This document shows, piece after piece, positions 20,158 through 29,678 of a stretch of DNA of 64,000 nt. Numbering within the stretch: the stretch's first letter is position 1; each line of letters begins with the position of its first letter. Origin of the DNA: Polyangiaceae bacterium. Its GTDB lineage: Bacteria > Myxococcota_A > Polyangia > Polyangiales > Polyangiaceae. The translations under genes were made by a program, and so were the position numbers. The stretch is from NCBI GenBank assembly GCA_965222375.1, contig CBDCTZ010000013.1:704001-768000 (forward strand), given 5' to 3'. The notes beneath the pieces are model-generated. The model did not search any database. It had not been told where the DNA came from and was given only the letters and a program-made list of their open reading frames with translations.

Positions 20158-20931
20158 TTACCTGCGCAACGCGAGGGCGGGGGTCGGCTCGGGTAGTGTC
20201 AACACGCGGCTCAACCGTCTCAGCGCAGCAGGCGCCTCCCGTTTCAAAGCGTGACCCAAGGCCCGGGTGAGCTTGTTTCGAGTGTCCGCACGAAGGCGGC
20301 GGGATAGCGGTGCGTCCTTGCCATCGCTCACGACCCAGATTCGAGTCTGGCACAGTCGCTCGCCACTTTGGCCATCGTGCAGCGCTAGCCAAGTTTCCAG
20401 ATAGCCACGAACCCATTCGGGCTTCTTGTGATCCAGTCGCCAGATCCAGCGCGGCAGCCCGAACTGGGTCACGTGGAACACGCCTACGAAGCGGCGCTTG
20501 CTCAGAGCCGTGGAGCGCTCCAACGCTTCGCGCGAGGCTTCTTCGCCATGCACCCCGGACAGCGCGGCTTCCAGCAACGGCAGCCTCGGGAGCTCCAGGG
20601 GCTCCGTAACGGTCATGGGCAGCAAGGCCTTGGCGACCAGTCGCGCTTCGGCGAAACGCGTCGTAATGACCCGAGCGGGCTCGGTCGGAGCTGCCGCCGA
20701 AAGCTCCGCGTCGTTGCAGGCTTGCTCCCGGCGTTTCAGAGGATCGAGTTCGATGCTCCCGAGTGCCCGCACCGCCAACCGCGCGCGCTCCATATCGCGA
20801 GAGAGTACGGGTTTGTCTTCGGACACTTCGACGCCCGGCTCGCTGGCGCCGAGGGGTACGGGCGGGGTCGACTTGCCACTCGTCTGGCAACCGATAGCGA
20901 AGAGCGCGATGGCCCACAGTCCTGGCTTCAC
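20158..20931 (-). CDS. Hypothetical lipoprotein
   Basis: Lipobox-like ALFAIGC after GTG 20931; this start avoids overlap with the divergent gene. Confidence 0.6.
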   Translation of the reverse strand: MKPGLWAIALFAIGCQTSGKSTPPVPLGASEPGVEVSEDKPVLSRDMERARLAVRALGSIELDPLKRREQACNDAELSAAAPTEPARVITTRFAEARLVAKALLPMTVTEPLELPRLPLLEAALSGVHGEEASREALERSTALSKRRFVGVFHVTQFGLPRWIWRLDHKKPEWVRGYLETWLALHDGQSGERLCQTRIWVVSDGKDAPLSRRLRADTRNKLTRALGHALKREAPAALRRLSRVLTLPEPTPALALRR

Positions 20932-21020
20932 ACGAGCAAACAAACCTGTCTGGCCCGCTCTGGCCAAAAAACCGACCAAAGGAACGCCAAGAAGAGGCCG
21001 TGCTACGCTGGCGCCAGAGC

Positions 21021-22823
21021 ATGACGCGCCGTCTTCGAGTTCTTCTGCTCTATCCACCCCCCTGGAAGATTGCCGCGCCGGGGCAGCCGCCCCACGGGCG
21101 GGATGGGCCACCGTCAAACTACCAGGACGGCGACCTAGACCCGGATTTTCATCAGACGCCCTATGGCCTCTTCACCCTGGGGGCCAACGCCGTCCGCGAC
21201 GGCCACTCCGTCAAAGTACTAAACCTATCGAGCTACCCGTGGTCGGAAGTGGACAAGATCGTCGCCAACCTCGAGTCCGACGTCGTGGGTTTGTCTTGTT
21301 GGACCGCCAACCGGCGAGGCGTGGCGCTCACATCAGAGTTGATCAAGCGACACCATCCCGATGCGACGGTCGTCGTCGGTGGCCCCCACGCCACCCCTCT
21401 AGCCAAGGAGATGCTGCAACATCATTCGAGCATTGACGCAGTGGTCACTGGTGAGGGGGAGCTCAGCTTCGCAGAGCTCCTCAATCGCATCAGCCAAGAC
21501 AGCCCCCTGGTCGGCGTTGCCGGAACCTGGACCCGAGGCGATAGCGGCCCCGTTGCCGGCCCGCCACAACGCAACATCGATGACCTCGACAGCCTGGCGA
21601 ACCCCCACGAGTTGTACGACACCCACATCGTGATGACCTCTCGGGGCTGTCCCTGGCAGTGCACCTTTTGTGGCGCCGAATCGAGTTGGGGACGAGGCTT
21701 CAGAGCCCAATCCATCGACTACGTCCTGGATGGCCTGGAGCATGCTCTCCGGCGGCTTTCGGTTCGCATGCTTCAGATCAAGGACGACACCTTCACCACC
21801 AACAAGAAACGCGTGATCAAGCTCTGCCAAGGCATGCGCCAGCGCAAGTTGCGTTTCGTGTGGAGTTGCGACACCCGTGTCGATGTTCTGAACGAAGAGC
21901 TACTCAAGGAAATGCGCTTGGCAGGCTGCGAGCGGCTGTCCTTGGGCGTGGAGAGCGGCAGTCAACGTATCTTGGACGCGATCCAGAAGAAGATCAGCGT
22001 GGACGAAATCGTGGAAGCGACCCGGATGGCGAAGAAGTTCGGGATCAGGGTGCGCTTCTACATGATGCTGGGCAATCGGGGAGAGACTCGCGAGTCGTTC
22101 CGAGAGACCCTCGAGTTCCTCGACCGCGCCGCACCGCATAGCTACATCTTCTCGTGCCTGAGCATCTACCCGGGCACGACGGACTTCGTCGACGCCGAGG
22201 CCGCCGGCAGCGTCAGCCGGAAGGACTACTTCGAGAAGACCTTCCAGGAACTGAAAGTCCCCTACGACGCGAGCCCGGCGCTGACTAAGGAAATGAATGA
22301 GTGGTTTGCGGCACACCGCGGCGTACGCGAGTGCTACAGCCCGACGGCGGCAGAGTGCAGGCAAGTCGTGGCCGAGCTAGGTGATCACGCCCCTGCGGAG
22401 CTGGACCTGGCCCGAGCTTTGTTCGTGGAAGGCAACCTGACAGCCGCTGAAGACCACGCCAGAAGAGCCATAGAATTGGAGCACCCTACCCCCGGCTTGG
22501 TGCTCAACTTGCTGGCGTGCATCGCCCATGCTCGCGGCGATCTCGAAGCCATGAAGGAGCACTTCATGACCGCCGCGAAAGCCGATCCGCAGCACTACGT
22601 ATTGATCGAGAACGTGCAACGTACGCGGCTTTGGTTCAAACAGCGCGGCCCCGAGACCGGCAAGGTATTGGAACTCAGCTGCCAGCATGACTTCGCGTTG
22701 TTCGAGAAGAACCAACAGCCCGCCTTGCCCGGACCTCTGAGCGAGGGCTGGCAGAGTTGGCCCGAACCCAAGCCTGCCGCCGAGCCACCAGTCGAGGCCA
22801 AGCGCCTCCGCGTCTTGCCCTGA
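21021..22823 (+). CDS. Cobalamin-binding radical SAM protein with C-terminal TPR-like region
   Basis: VVVGGPHAT (B12-binding domain), SRGCPWQCTFC (CxxxCxxC), DDTF, GVESGS. Confidence 0.9.
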   Translation: MTRRLRVLLLYPPPWKIAAPGQPPHGRDGPPSNYQDGDLDPDFHQTPYGLFTLGANAVRDGHSVKVLNLSSYPWSEVDKIVANLESDVVGLSCWTANRRGVALTSELIKRHHPDATVVVGGPHATPLAKEMLQHHSSIDAVVTGEGELSFAELLNRISQDSPLVGVAGTWTRGDSGPVAGPPQRNIDDLDSLANPHELYDTHIVMTSRGCPWQCTFCGAESSWGRGFRAQSIDYVLDGLEHALRRLSVRMLQIKDDTFTTNKKRVIKLCQGMRQRKLRFVWSCDTRVDVLNEELLKEMRLAGCERLSLGVESGSQRILDAIQKKISVDEIVEATRMAKKFGIRVRFYMMLGNRGETRESFRETLEFLDRAAPHSYIFSCLSIYPGTTDFVDAEAAGSVSRKDYFEKTFQELKVPYDASPALTKEMNEWFAAHRGVRECYSPTAAECRQVVAELGDHAPAELDLARALFVEGNLTAAEDHARRAIELEHPTPGLVLNLLACIAHARGDLEAMKEHFMTAAKADPQHYVLIENVQRTRLWFKQRGPETGKVLELSCQHDFALFEKNQQPALPGPLSEGWQSWPEPKPAAEPPVEAKRLRVLP

Positions 22824-22844
22824 TGCCCCAGCCGGCCCGAGCGC

Positions 22845-23477
22845 CTACTCGGTCCGGCTCACCACTTTGGATGCGTCTTGGAGATTCCGAAGCGCTTGGC
22901 CGTCGCCGTAGGCCAAGCCGAGAAACAACCCCCGAAGCACTGTCATCGCCGACTGCACGGGTTCGCTCTGAGTAGTTTCCAGCAGCATGGCCGCCGCCTG
23001 CTCGGCTTGAGCCAGCGAGGCCAGCAGCGCTTTGTGTGCCGGCGAGGCCAGTGACAGACTGGTCCAAGCCTTCCAATCCGCCGCCAGCTCTTCGGCGCCG
23101 GCAGCCGAAAGCCCCAAGCGCTCCATCAGTGCAGCCAAATAGTGGAAGTGCGTCTGCTCGCCCTCCCCGGCTTCCCGCCAGAGTTTCAGCGCCTTGGCCA
23201 CGTCGTCCGGAGAAAGCTCCTTGGCCAGATCCGCGCGGCGGGCGGCAAATGCTTTCACGACTGCCTCGGGGCTCGACCGCTCACGAAAACCGTCATGAAT
23301 GGCGTCCAACAGCCAGATCCGAACCAAGCGACCGTCCGGCCAACCCAAAAGCGCCGACCACAGTTTCTCCGAGCCCGGCGTCTTGAAGCGCTCCGCAGAC
23401 GGGCGCGATGCGAAGTTCTTGCCAGCCCCTGAGGTCTTGCCGCGCCCCTTGCGCTTCAGCTTTCGGCGAGTGGACAC
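22845..23477 (-). CDS. Hypothetical protein with a basic N-terminus
   Basis: 210-aa ORF filling the gap between neighbours; no recognised motif. Confidence 0.55.
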   Translation of the reverse strand: MSTRRKLKRKGRGKTSGAGKNFASRPSAERFKTPGSEKLWSALLGWPDGRLVRIWLLDAIHDGFRERSSPEAVVKAFAARRADLAKELSPDDVAKALKLWREAGEGEQTHFHYLAALMERLGLSAAGAEELAADWKAWTSLSLASPAHKALLASLAQAEQAAAMLLETTQSEPVQSAMTVLRGLFLGLAYGDGQALRNLQDASKVVSRTE

Positions 23478-23489
23478 GGCTATGTTCGC

Positions 23490-23882
23490 TCAGCCCAACT
23501 CGGCGATGAACTGCTCGAAGGCGCGGTCGGCGGTTGACTCGTGGCGCTCGACGGAATGCTGCAGAAAGTCGAGCAGCACCGGAGCCAATTCCGTCTGTTT
23601 GGCTTCGCACTGCCCACGCAAGGACTCCACTTGCTGAAGGATGGCGACATGCTGTTGAACATGCTCTTTGAGGTCGGGATACTCCCGAGCTTCCATCAAC
23701 GCTTTCTCGTCGGAGAAGTGGTCGCTCAGCACCTTGATCGCCTCATCGAGCTGCACAACCAAAGCGGACCAGTCGCCACCCTGCTCCAGGGAGTGCCGCA
23801 CCGTGGCGATGTGCTGAGCCAGCCGTGCATGCTGGTGAGCCACATCGGCTAGTGCCTTCCCGGCCGAGGACGACTCGAACAT
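23490..23882 (-). CDS. Bacteriohemerythrin-like protein
   Basis: HQH...HFSDEK..M...YP...HVQQH...H...D pattern. Confidence 0.8.
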   Translation of the reverse strand: MFESSSAGKALADVAHQHARLAQHIATVRHSLEQGGDWSALVVQLDEAIKVLSDHFSDEKALMEAREYPDLKEHVQQHVAILQQVESLRGQCEAKQTELAPVLLDFLQHSVERHESTADRAFEQFIAELG

Positions 23883-24022
23883 GAAGCACAATTCGTAGCC
23901 CCTGTGAGATAGGTCAACAAGTGTGGCCTCCCGAAACTCGCTGAAGTCTCGCAAGAAAGTCCAACGATTTCAGCAACCTCGCGCCCGGCGCGAATGATCG
24001 CTATGCTCTCGCCGCTCTTGCA

Positions 24023-25762
24023 ATGCGGGTCCGAGCCGTCGCCATAGGCACCGAGCGCAGCAACGCGATCGGCAGCGTAGAACTCGAGTGCACACCACCC
24101 GGCTTGGTGGTGGTCTACCTTGGGGTGGGCACGTTCAGCGAGGGCTACGCTCCTGGCGCCTTGACCCAGGGGACGCGAGTGCTGGTGCCCTGGTCCGAAG
24201 TGCTCGAAGCTCGGGTGGAGGGGCCGCAGGTCTTTCTTTCGGTCACTCCGGCACTCACTCCCCACCACAAGCTGTGTCTGACGAACTTTTCGAGTGGGGA
24301 TCTCCCTCCCCTGACCGCGAATCGGCAGCGCGCAATCCTGTGGGTCGGCGTCGTCGCGGCAGCTTTGGTGACCACCTTACTCCTGGCCCTCACCTTGCCA
24401 AGGGTCGCGCCTCGCGCTGGTGCGGGCGTCACCGTGGGAGTCGGCGCGCTCGCCGCGGTGGTCATCTTGGTGCTTGGATTCCTCTCGGAGCGGCGGGTGT
24501 TGTTTCGGGGATTAGACGATGGTCCCTCACGAGACGCCTTTGCGTCCGAGCTCTCGCACTACCTACCCACGCTAGTTCGCTTGCCCCGAGCCCCGGAGCC
24601 GCGACCGCGGCCGCCGGTGTTGCCGGACTTGTCGGGGCTGATGCCGCGCACGACTGCTGCGGTCGCGATCGCACTCACCGCTGGGCTTTTGGGCTTGGCC
24701 TTGACCGGCAAGTCGCTGCTGTTTCCGGCTCAAGACCGACAAGCCCAGCGCTCCATGGAAGAGGACGAGCGACCCATGGGCCCGATGCTCGAGCCCCAGG
24801 CGCCGGCGGTTGCCCCCGCCGCAGCGCCCGCACCCAAACCAGCGGCGGTCGCGAAAAAAGCAGAGCCGCCCGCGCCGGCACCGGCGGCAGGTGACTCGAA
24901 TGCGAGCCGCGGCGGCCGCTGCAGCTGTGCCCGGGCGGACTCGGTTCTATGGCGGAAACCTCTGCCAAAGCTGAGCATTTTGGTGTTTGACCGCAAGCTG
25001 ATGACGGGGCCCACCCGAAAACGGTTGGGGCTCAACGTCGCCGTAGTCAACAACAGTGAAGAGGATCTGCGCGAAGTCGCCATGCGCATCGGCTTCACTG
25101 AACCCGTCGCGCCGGGCTCCAAAGAACGCGACGCGGTCTCCCACGAGGCCGTCTACTTCGAGGGTCCCCTAAAGCCGGGCAAAGCCATCAAGTGGAACAT
25201 CGAATCTCGTGGTTCGGACATCCGCATTGAAGAAGCCCCCGCCCCAGGGGACATCGGCCCAGGTGGCGACGGTGCCGCAAGCTTGAACAAGCTGGCGGAT
25301 CTGCTCAACGCCAACCACCGCCCAGTGCGCCTGCACGGCGCAATGATGCTCGCGTACCTGGGGGACAAGCGGGCTCGAGAAGCCGCGCTGAAGCTCAAAG
25401 AGGCACTGCGCGAAGACGAAGCACCCGTTCTCGACCGAATCATTCGAGCACTCGCCGACCTGCGAGCATGCGAGTTTTCCGTCACCGGAAAGAGGCGCAC
25501 CCGGCAGGTTCAAGCGTGCATCTTCAACGCGGGCAAGAACGCGCGCGACAACATAGGCATGCGCCTGCGGGGGCTAGATGGCCCGGTGTCCACCCTGGAG
25601 TTGACTCGGGCGCCGCCGCAGATCGTTAGTGAAGCCACCTGGAGCCTACCCGGAGCCCTTGAAGCTCAAGAAGGCACCCGGGTGCGCGCTACCCTGGTGC
25701 TTGACAGCGACGAACCCGCGGAGTTCGAACTCGTCGTCGATCGCGAAGACCTGCTGCCCTAG
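24023..25762 (+). CDS. Hypothetical membrane protein (3 TM, Pro/Ala linker)
   Basis: 579-aa ORF with hydrophobic segments. Confidence 0.7.
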   Translation: MRVRAVAIGTERSNAIGSVELECTPPGLVVVYLGVGTFSEGYAPGALTQGTRVLVPWSEVLEARVEGPQVFLSVTPALTPHHKLCLTNFSSGDLPPLTANRQRAILWVGVVAAALVTTLLLALTLPRVAPRAGAGVTVGVGALAAVVILVLGFLSERRVLFRGLDDGPSRDAFASELSHYLPTLVRLPRAPEPRPRPPVLPDLSGLMPRTTAAVAIALTAGLLGLALTGKSLLFPAQDRQAQRSMEEDERPMGPMLEPQAPAVAPAAAPAPKPAAVAKKAEPPAPAPAAGDSNASRGGRCSCARADSVLWRKPLPKLSILVFDRKLMTGPTRKRLGLNVAVVNNSEEDLREVAMRIGFTEPVAPGSKERDAVSHEAVYFEGPLKPGKAIKWNIESRGSDIRIEEAPAPGDIGPGGDGAASLNKLADLLNANHRPVRLHGAMMLAYLGDKRAREAALKLKEALREDEAPVLDRIIRALADLRACEFSVTGKRRTRQVQACIFNAGKNARDNIGMRLRGLDGPVSTLELTRAPPQIVSEATWSLPGALEAQEGTRVRATLVLDSDEPAEFELVVDREDLLP

Positions 25763-25855
25763 TCGCTCGATGGCCGGGGGGTCTCGCGCCCCTCGCCCGT
25801 CGCCCGCCGCCGAGCTGACGCGCCGGGCCCCTTCTGCCAAGAGGGACCGCTCGAC

Positions 25856-27415
25856 CTACGGCCGCACGAAGACGACCGTGCCGCGGTCTTTGTTCAGCAC
25901 CGAGTGCCAGCCGTCGGGAACGATGGGGTCGGTCCACTCGAACAGCCACGCGGCGTCGATGGGTGAAAGGTTGACGCAGCCATGGCTTCGCACCTTGCCA
26001 AACTCGTCGTGCCAATAGGTCCCATGCAGAGCGTAACCCTTGTGAAAGTACTGCACGAAGGGCACGTCCAGCAGGTTGTAGGAGTCGCTCTTGTCCTCGC
26101 TGCCATCCATGGTGGCAGAAACGTGCTTGCTGTGAATCATGAAGCTGCCCCGCGCCGTGGCGTGCACCTTCTCTGGGTCCCCCAAGCCACCACGCCCAGT
26201 ACTCACCAAGGTCACGTAGACGGGCTTCTTGCCGACGTAGGCCACCAAGGACTGCTGGCGGATCGAAATGTCGATCCACTTGCGAGTGCCCACGGCGAAG
26301 CTAGGAAAGCTCGTTCGCGCTTTGATGATGCGCAGCCCCTCGACGGGAATGTAGCTGCCGTCCCGGACCTCGAAGAAGCCCAGCCGGCGCTTGCCGGTCA
26401 GTTTCAGGGCCTGACGGTGGCGCAGGTTTTCCTTGGGAGACATCTGGCCCGCGTCGTTGGCCTTGAAGCTCTGGGAATAGTGGGATTCCAAGAAGGCGAC
26501 GGGCAACACTTCGCCTTCGGTCAACTCGGCGCCGTGGAACTCCGACGGTTTGACCACTCGCGTTCGATCCAGGGCGATCACGTCGAGCTCCGTAGTGAGG
26601 CCAAAGACTCGACCTTCGTGCTCGAAGACCTTCATGATCGCGAAACCACTATCCGGGGCCGCGCGACCGGCGTGCACGGCAAAGTGCAGATGACGGGGCA
26701 CGCCGTAGGCCTTCTGGATCTTCTCTTTGGTCGACAAGAAATCTGGAGGCGCGCCGGGTTCGCCCAAGATCTTCATGACCCCCTTCGCGGCCAGGCGCTC
26801 CTTCCAGCGGATCACGCGAGCCAAGATCCCCTTGCCTTCCACCTTTTCCATCTCGGCTTTGCTGACCAAGCGGAAGTAGCGCAGAGGAGCCACCTCTCCC
26901 GCCAGGGCGTAGAGATAAGGCAGACCCTGACCACGAACTGGTCGCACGGAGTTGGACACGACAACGGGGTTGTCGATCTTCAGCGTAGCGCCCTTGCCCA
27001 AGCATACGAAGCCGCGGGGATTGACCCGGTACCAACCGCCTTTGCAGCCGTCGTTGACTAGCGCCGGCCCACGGGCGTCGATGATGGCGCCAGCCCGCAT
27101 GTAGCCATAGCGCGTGCGCTTGGGTCCCGTGTCCGTGTAGATCCAGGTTCGCCAGGCGATGGAGGCGACGCGGGTTCCATCGGGCTCGAAGGGCAAGTTA
27201 TCCCGAACGGTGCCCAACACGTCCTTGGCCAGAGTGGCACCCTTGGCCGTGCGCTTCACTCCCTTGGGGCCGACCAGCAGGCCGCCGCCAGCCGAACCCG
27301 CGGCGCGCACCGTGGTCGCGGACGAGTCTTCCGCGGTGGCCCCAGGCGGTTCCCGCCGTTCGACGCAACCGGCGGTCAGGACGCTGATGGCGATGAAGGC
27401 GAACACCTGGCGCAT
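25856..27415 (-). CDS. L,D-transpeptidase family lipoprotein
   Basis: Lipobox LTAGC; ALHGTYWHDEFGKVRSHGCVNLS. Confidence 0.88.
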   Translation of the reverse strand: MRQVFAFIAISVLTAGCVERREPPGATAEDSSATTVRAAGSAGGGLLVGPKGVKRTAKGATLAKDVLGTVRDNLPFEPDGTRVASIAWRTWIYTDTGPKRTRYGYMRAGAIIDARGPALVNDGCKGGWYRVNPRGFVCLGKGATLKIDNPVVVSNSVRPVRGQGLPYLYALAGEVAPLRYFRLVSKAEMEKVEGKGILARVIRWKERLAAKGVMKILGEPGAPPDFLSTKEKIQKAYGVPRHLHFAVHAGRAAPDSGFAIMKVFEHEGRVFGLTTELDVIALDRTRVVKPSEFHGAELTEGEVLPVAFLESHYSQSFKANDAGQMSPKENLRHRQALKLTGKRRLGFFEVRDGSYIPVEGLRIIKARTSFPSFAVGTRKWIDISIRQQSLVAYVGKKPVYVTLVSTGRGGLGDPEKVHATARGSFMIHSKHVSATMDGSEDKSDSYNLLDVPFVQYFHKGYALHGTYWHDEFGKVRSHGCVNLSPIDAAWLFEWTDPIVPDGWHSVLNKDRGTVVFVRP

Positions 27416-27480
27416 GCAGAGCCGAGGGCTACCACAAGTTGTGCCTTGGGAAAGCCCCCGACTGCGGGCTACGGTCAGGC

Positions 27481-27945
27481 ATGGGCCTCCCAGCGGGTTT
27501 GTTCGTACTGATGAAGGAGGTGGCGCGCCACGTGCTCCGCCGCCCGGTGGTGGGGATCGTCGCCGTGGCCCGCACGCCCAGCGACAAGATCGTGCTGATT
27601 CGACGCACGGACACGGGCCAATGGGCACTGCCGGGCGGCACGCTGGAGTGGAACGAAAGTCTTCGAGATGCCTGCGAGCGGGAGCTGCGAGAAGAAGCCG
27701 GAGCGGAAACCATCGAACTCGGCGATCTAGTCGGGGTCTACTCCGCGCCCTGGCGCGATCGACGCTTTCACGCCGTCACCGTCGTGGTGCGAGCAACGGT
27801 ACGGGAGCCGTCGGGCAAGCCAATGAACCCTGCGGAGATCTCCGAGGTCGGAAGCTTCGCCGAGGAGTCGCTGCCTGAGCCGCTGGCCCACGGCATGAGC
27901 GAAATGTTGGGAAGTGCACTGAGCGACAAAACCCGATGGGAGTGA
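27481..27945 (+). CDS. NUDIX hydrolase
   Basis: WALPGGTLEWNESLRDACERELREEAG Nudix box. Confidence 0.9.
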   Translation: MGLPAGLFVLMKEVARHVLRRPVVGIVAVARTPSDKIVLIRRTDTGQWALPGGTLEWNESLRDACERELREEAGAETIELGDLVGVYSAPWRDRRFHAVTVVVRATVREPSGKPMNPAEISEVGSFAEESLPEPLAHGMSEMLGSALSDKTRWE

Positions 27946-28013
27946 CGTTTTCCCGAGGCCGATCCCGACCGGTCAGACAATCCCCTTGTCGCCGCAGGTC
28001 CCTCGGCTAGAAA

Positions 28014-29255
28014 ATGAGCGTACTGAGGAACATGCACTCGTCCGCTTCGAATCGTCCCGACCGCGATCCTTGGCTCGCCCACGTCGTCATCCGCGTGATC
28101 GGAATCACTATCGCCCTGACCGCCACCGGTTGCGGCGTGATCGGTGGCATCTTCGGCGGACTGAAGGCGGACGCGGTGGCCACATCCGCCGAGCCTCCGG
28201 CCAACGTCGCGGTTTACCTGTCAGTACGAGACGGCAGCGACCCCATCACCGACTTGTCGGCCGCGAATTTCAAGCTGCTGGAGAACGGTCAACCCCTGAG
28301 CAGCAAGACCTCACAGCTGGTGCTGCTGGACCGGGACGCCGTCGCGCTGCACCGCGTGCTTTTGCTCGTCGACGTCAGCAAAGCGGAGAGCGGCGGCGTG
28401 CGGCGGGAGCTTGCCCGAGGGGTCGCCAGCTTCGTACAGTCCGTGCGCAAACGGCAGGCGGTCACGGTCATGGCCTTCGACGGGCGTGCCGAACCGGTCC
28501 TGGTGGCCGACTATCCGGTAGGTACGACAGACAAGCCGGAGCCCCTGGTTTTCGTGGAGCCAAGAGACGCGTCCCGCAACCTCAACGGCGCAGTCATGCA
28601 CGGTATCAAGCAGCTCAACGCTCGCCTGATGACGGCCAAGAAGCCGATTCGAGTCGGCACTCTCGTGATCTTCACCGCCGGACCGGATCTGGCCGCCCGG
28701 GTTACACGCGCAGAAGCCGAAGAAAAGATCCGCACGTCACCCCACCACGTCGTGGCCGTGATCGTGGCGAAGGAGGAGCAGGAGGTCGATCTCGGTGAAG
28801 CGGCCAAGGACGGCCTATTCCGCGCGCCAAGCTTGCAGATGGCGGGCATAGGGCTGGATGAAGCCGCCCGAGGCGTCAACGCCCTCGAGCAGCAGTACTA
28901 CCTATTGTCGTATTGCTCGCCGGCCCGCGCGGGAAAGCGACGGCTATCCATCGAGGTGACGCGCACCACTCTGGAAGGCAAAGAGCAGAACGCCACGGCG
29001 GAAGTGGACTTCGATGCTTCGGGCTTCGGCCCCGGCTGCGATCCCCAACGCACACCCCGCTTTGCCAGCGGCACGGCGCCGGTCCCCGTCGAAGCTCCTC
29101 CTCCGCCCGAGGAGCCGCCGACTGAAGAGCCGCCCAAGCCCGTCAAGAAAGCCCCCCCGAAGCCTCCGCCGACGAAGAAGCCTCCACCCAAGGATGAGGC
29201 CGCGCCTCCGCCGGACTTGCCCGGCTACGCCCCCCTCTCCGACGACCCCAAGTAA
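28014..29255 (+). CDS. Lipoprotein with a VWA-like domain and Pro-rich tail
   Basis: ALTATGC lipobox; FKLLENG, LLLVDVS, YYLLSYCSP. Confidence 0.65.
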   Translation: MSVLRNMHSSASNRPDRDPWLAHVVIRVIGITIALTATGCGVIGGIFGGLKADAVATSAEPPANVAVYLSVRDGSDPITDLSAANFKLLENGQPLSSKTSQLVLLDRDAVALHRVLLLVDVSKAESGGVRRELARGVASFVQSVRKRQAVTVMAFDGRAEPVLVADYPVGTTDKPEPLVFVEPRDASRNLNGAVMHGIKQLNARLMTAKKPIRVGTLVIFTAGPDLAARVTRAEAEEKIRTSPHHVVAVIVAKEEQEVDLGEAAKDGLFRAPSLQMAGIGLDEAARGVNALEQQYYLLSYCSPARAGKRRLSIEVTRTTLEGKEQNATAEVDFDASGFGPGCDPQRTPRFASGTAPVPVEAPPPPEEPPTEEPPKPVKKAPPKPPPTKKPPPKDEAAPPPDLPGYAPLSDDPK

Positions 29256-29611
29256 TGGGCCAGCGCTCGGTCAGCGTCGAGTTGCGAGAACACGGCGTGG
29301 TCCGAGGGCGCGGCGAGCAAACGCTTACGTGGTGGGTCAAAGATCGCGACCTGTGGCGGCGCGTCACGGAAATGCCGGGAGCCACCCTCACCTCCGAAGA
29401 TCCGGGCCCGGGCACGATCTGGCAGCGCCGCATCGAACTGTCTCTCAGCGTCGGCACGGCCCTGGAGCGGGTCGTCGCGGAGCCAAAGCCCGACGCGTCC
29501 CGGGATGTGCTGATGCACTTGGAGCAGGGCAAGAAGGCCGGACGCACCGTTCAACGCACGCGCTACCGAGTGAACGCTCGCGGAGGTCTCGCACACATCG
29601 ACGACGATTGA
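29255..29611 (+). CDS. Hypothetical protein
   Basis: ATG overlaps the upstream TAA, suggesting translational coupling. Confidence 0.6.
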   Translation: MGQRSVSVELREHGVVRGRGEQTLTWWVKDRDLWRRVTEMPGATLTSEDPGPGTIWQRRIELSLSVGTALERVVAEPKPDASRDVLMHLEQGKKAGRTVQRTRYRVNARGGLAHIDDD

Positions 29612-29678
29612 CCGGAACGCCTGGGCCTGCTCTCCTGCCGTTGGCTGGGCTCCCCACGGCTCCGCCAGAGGAGGACGT

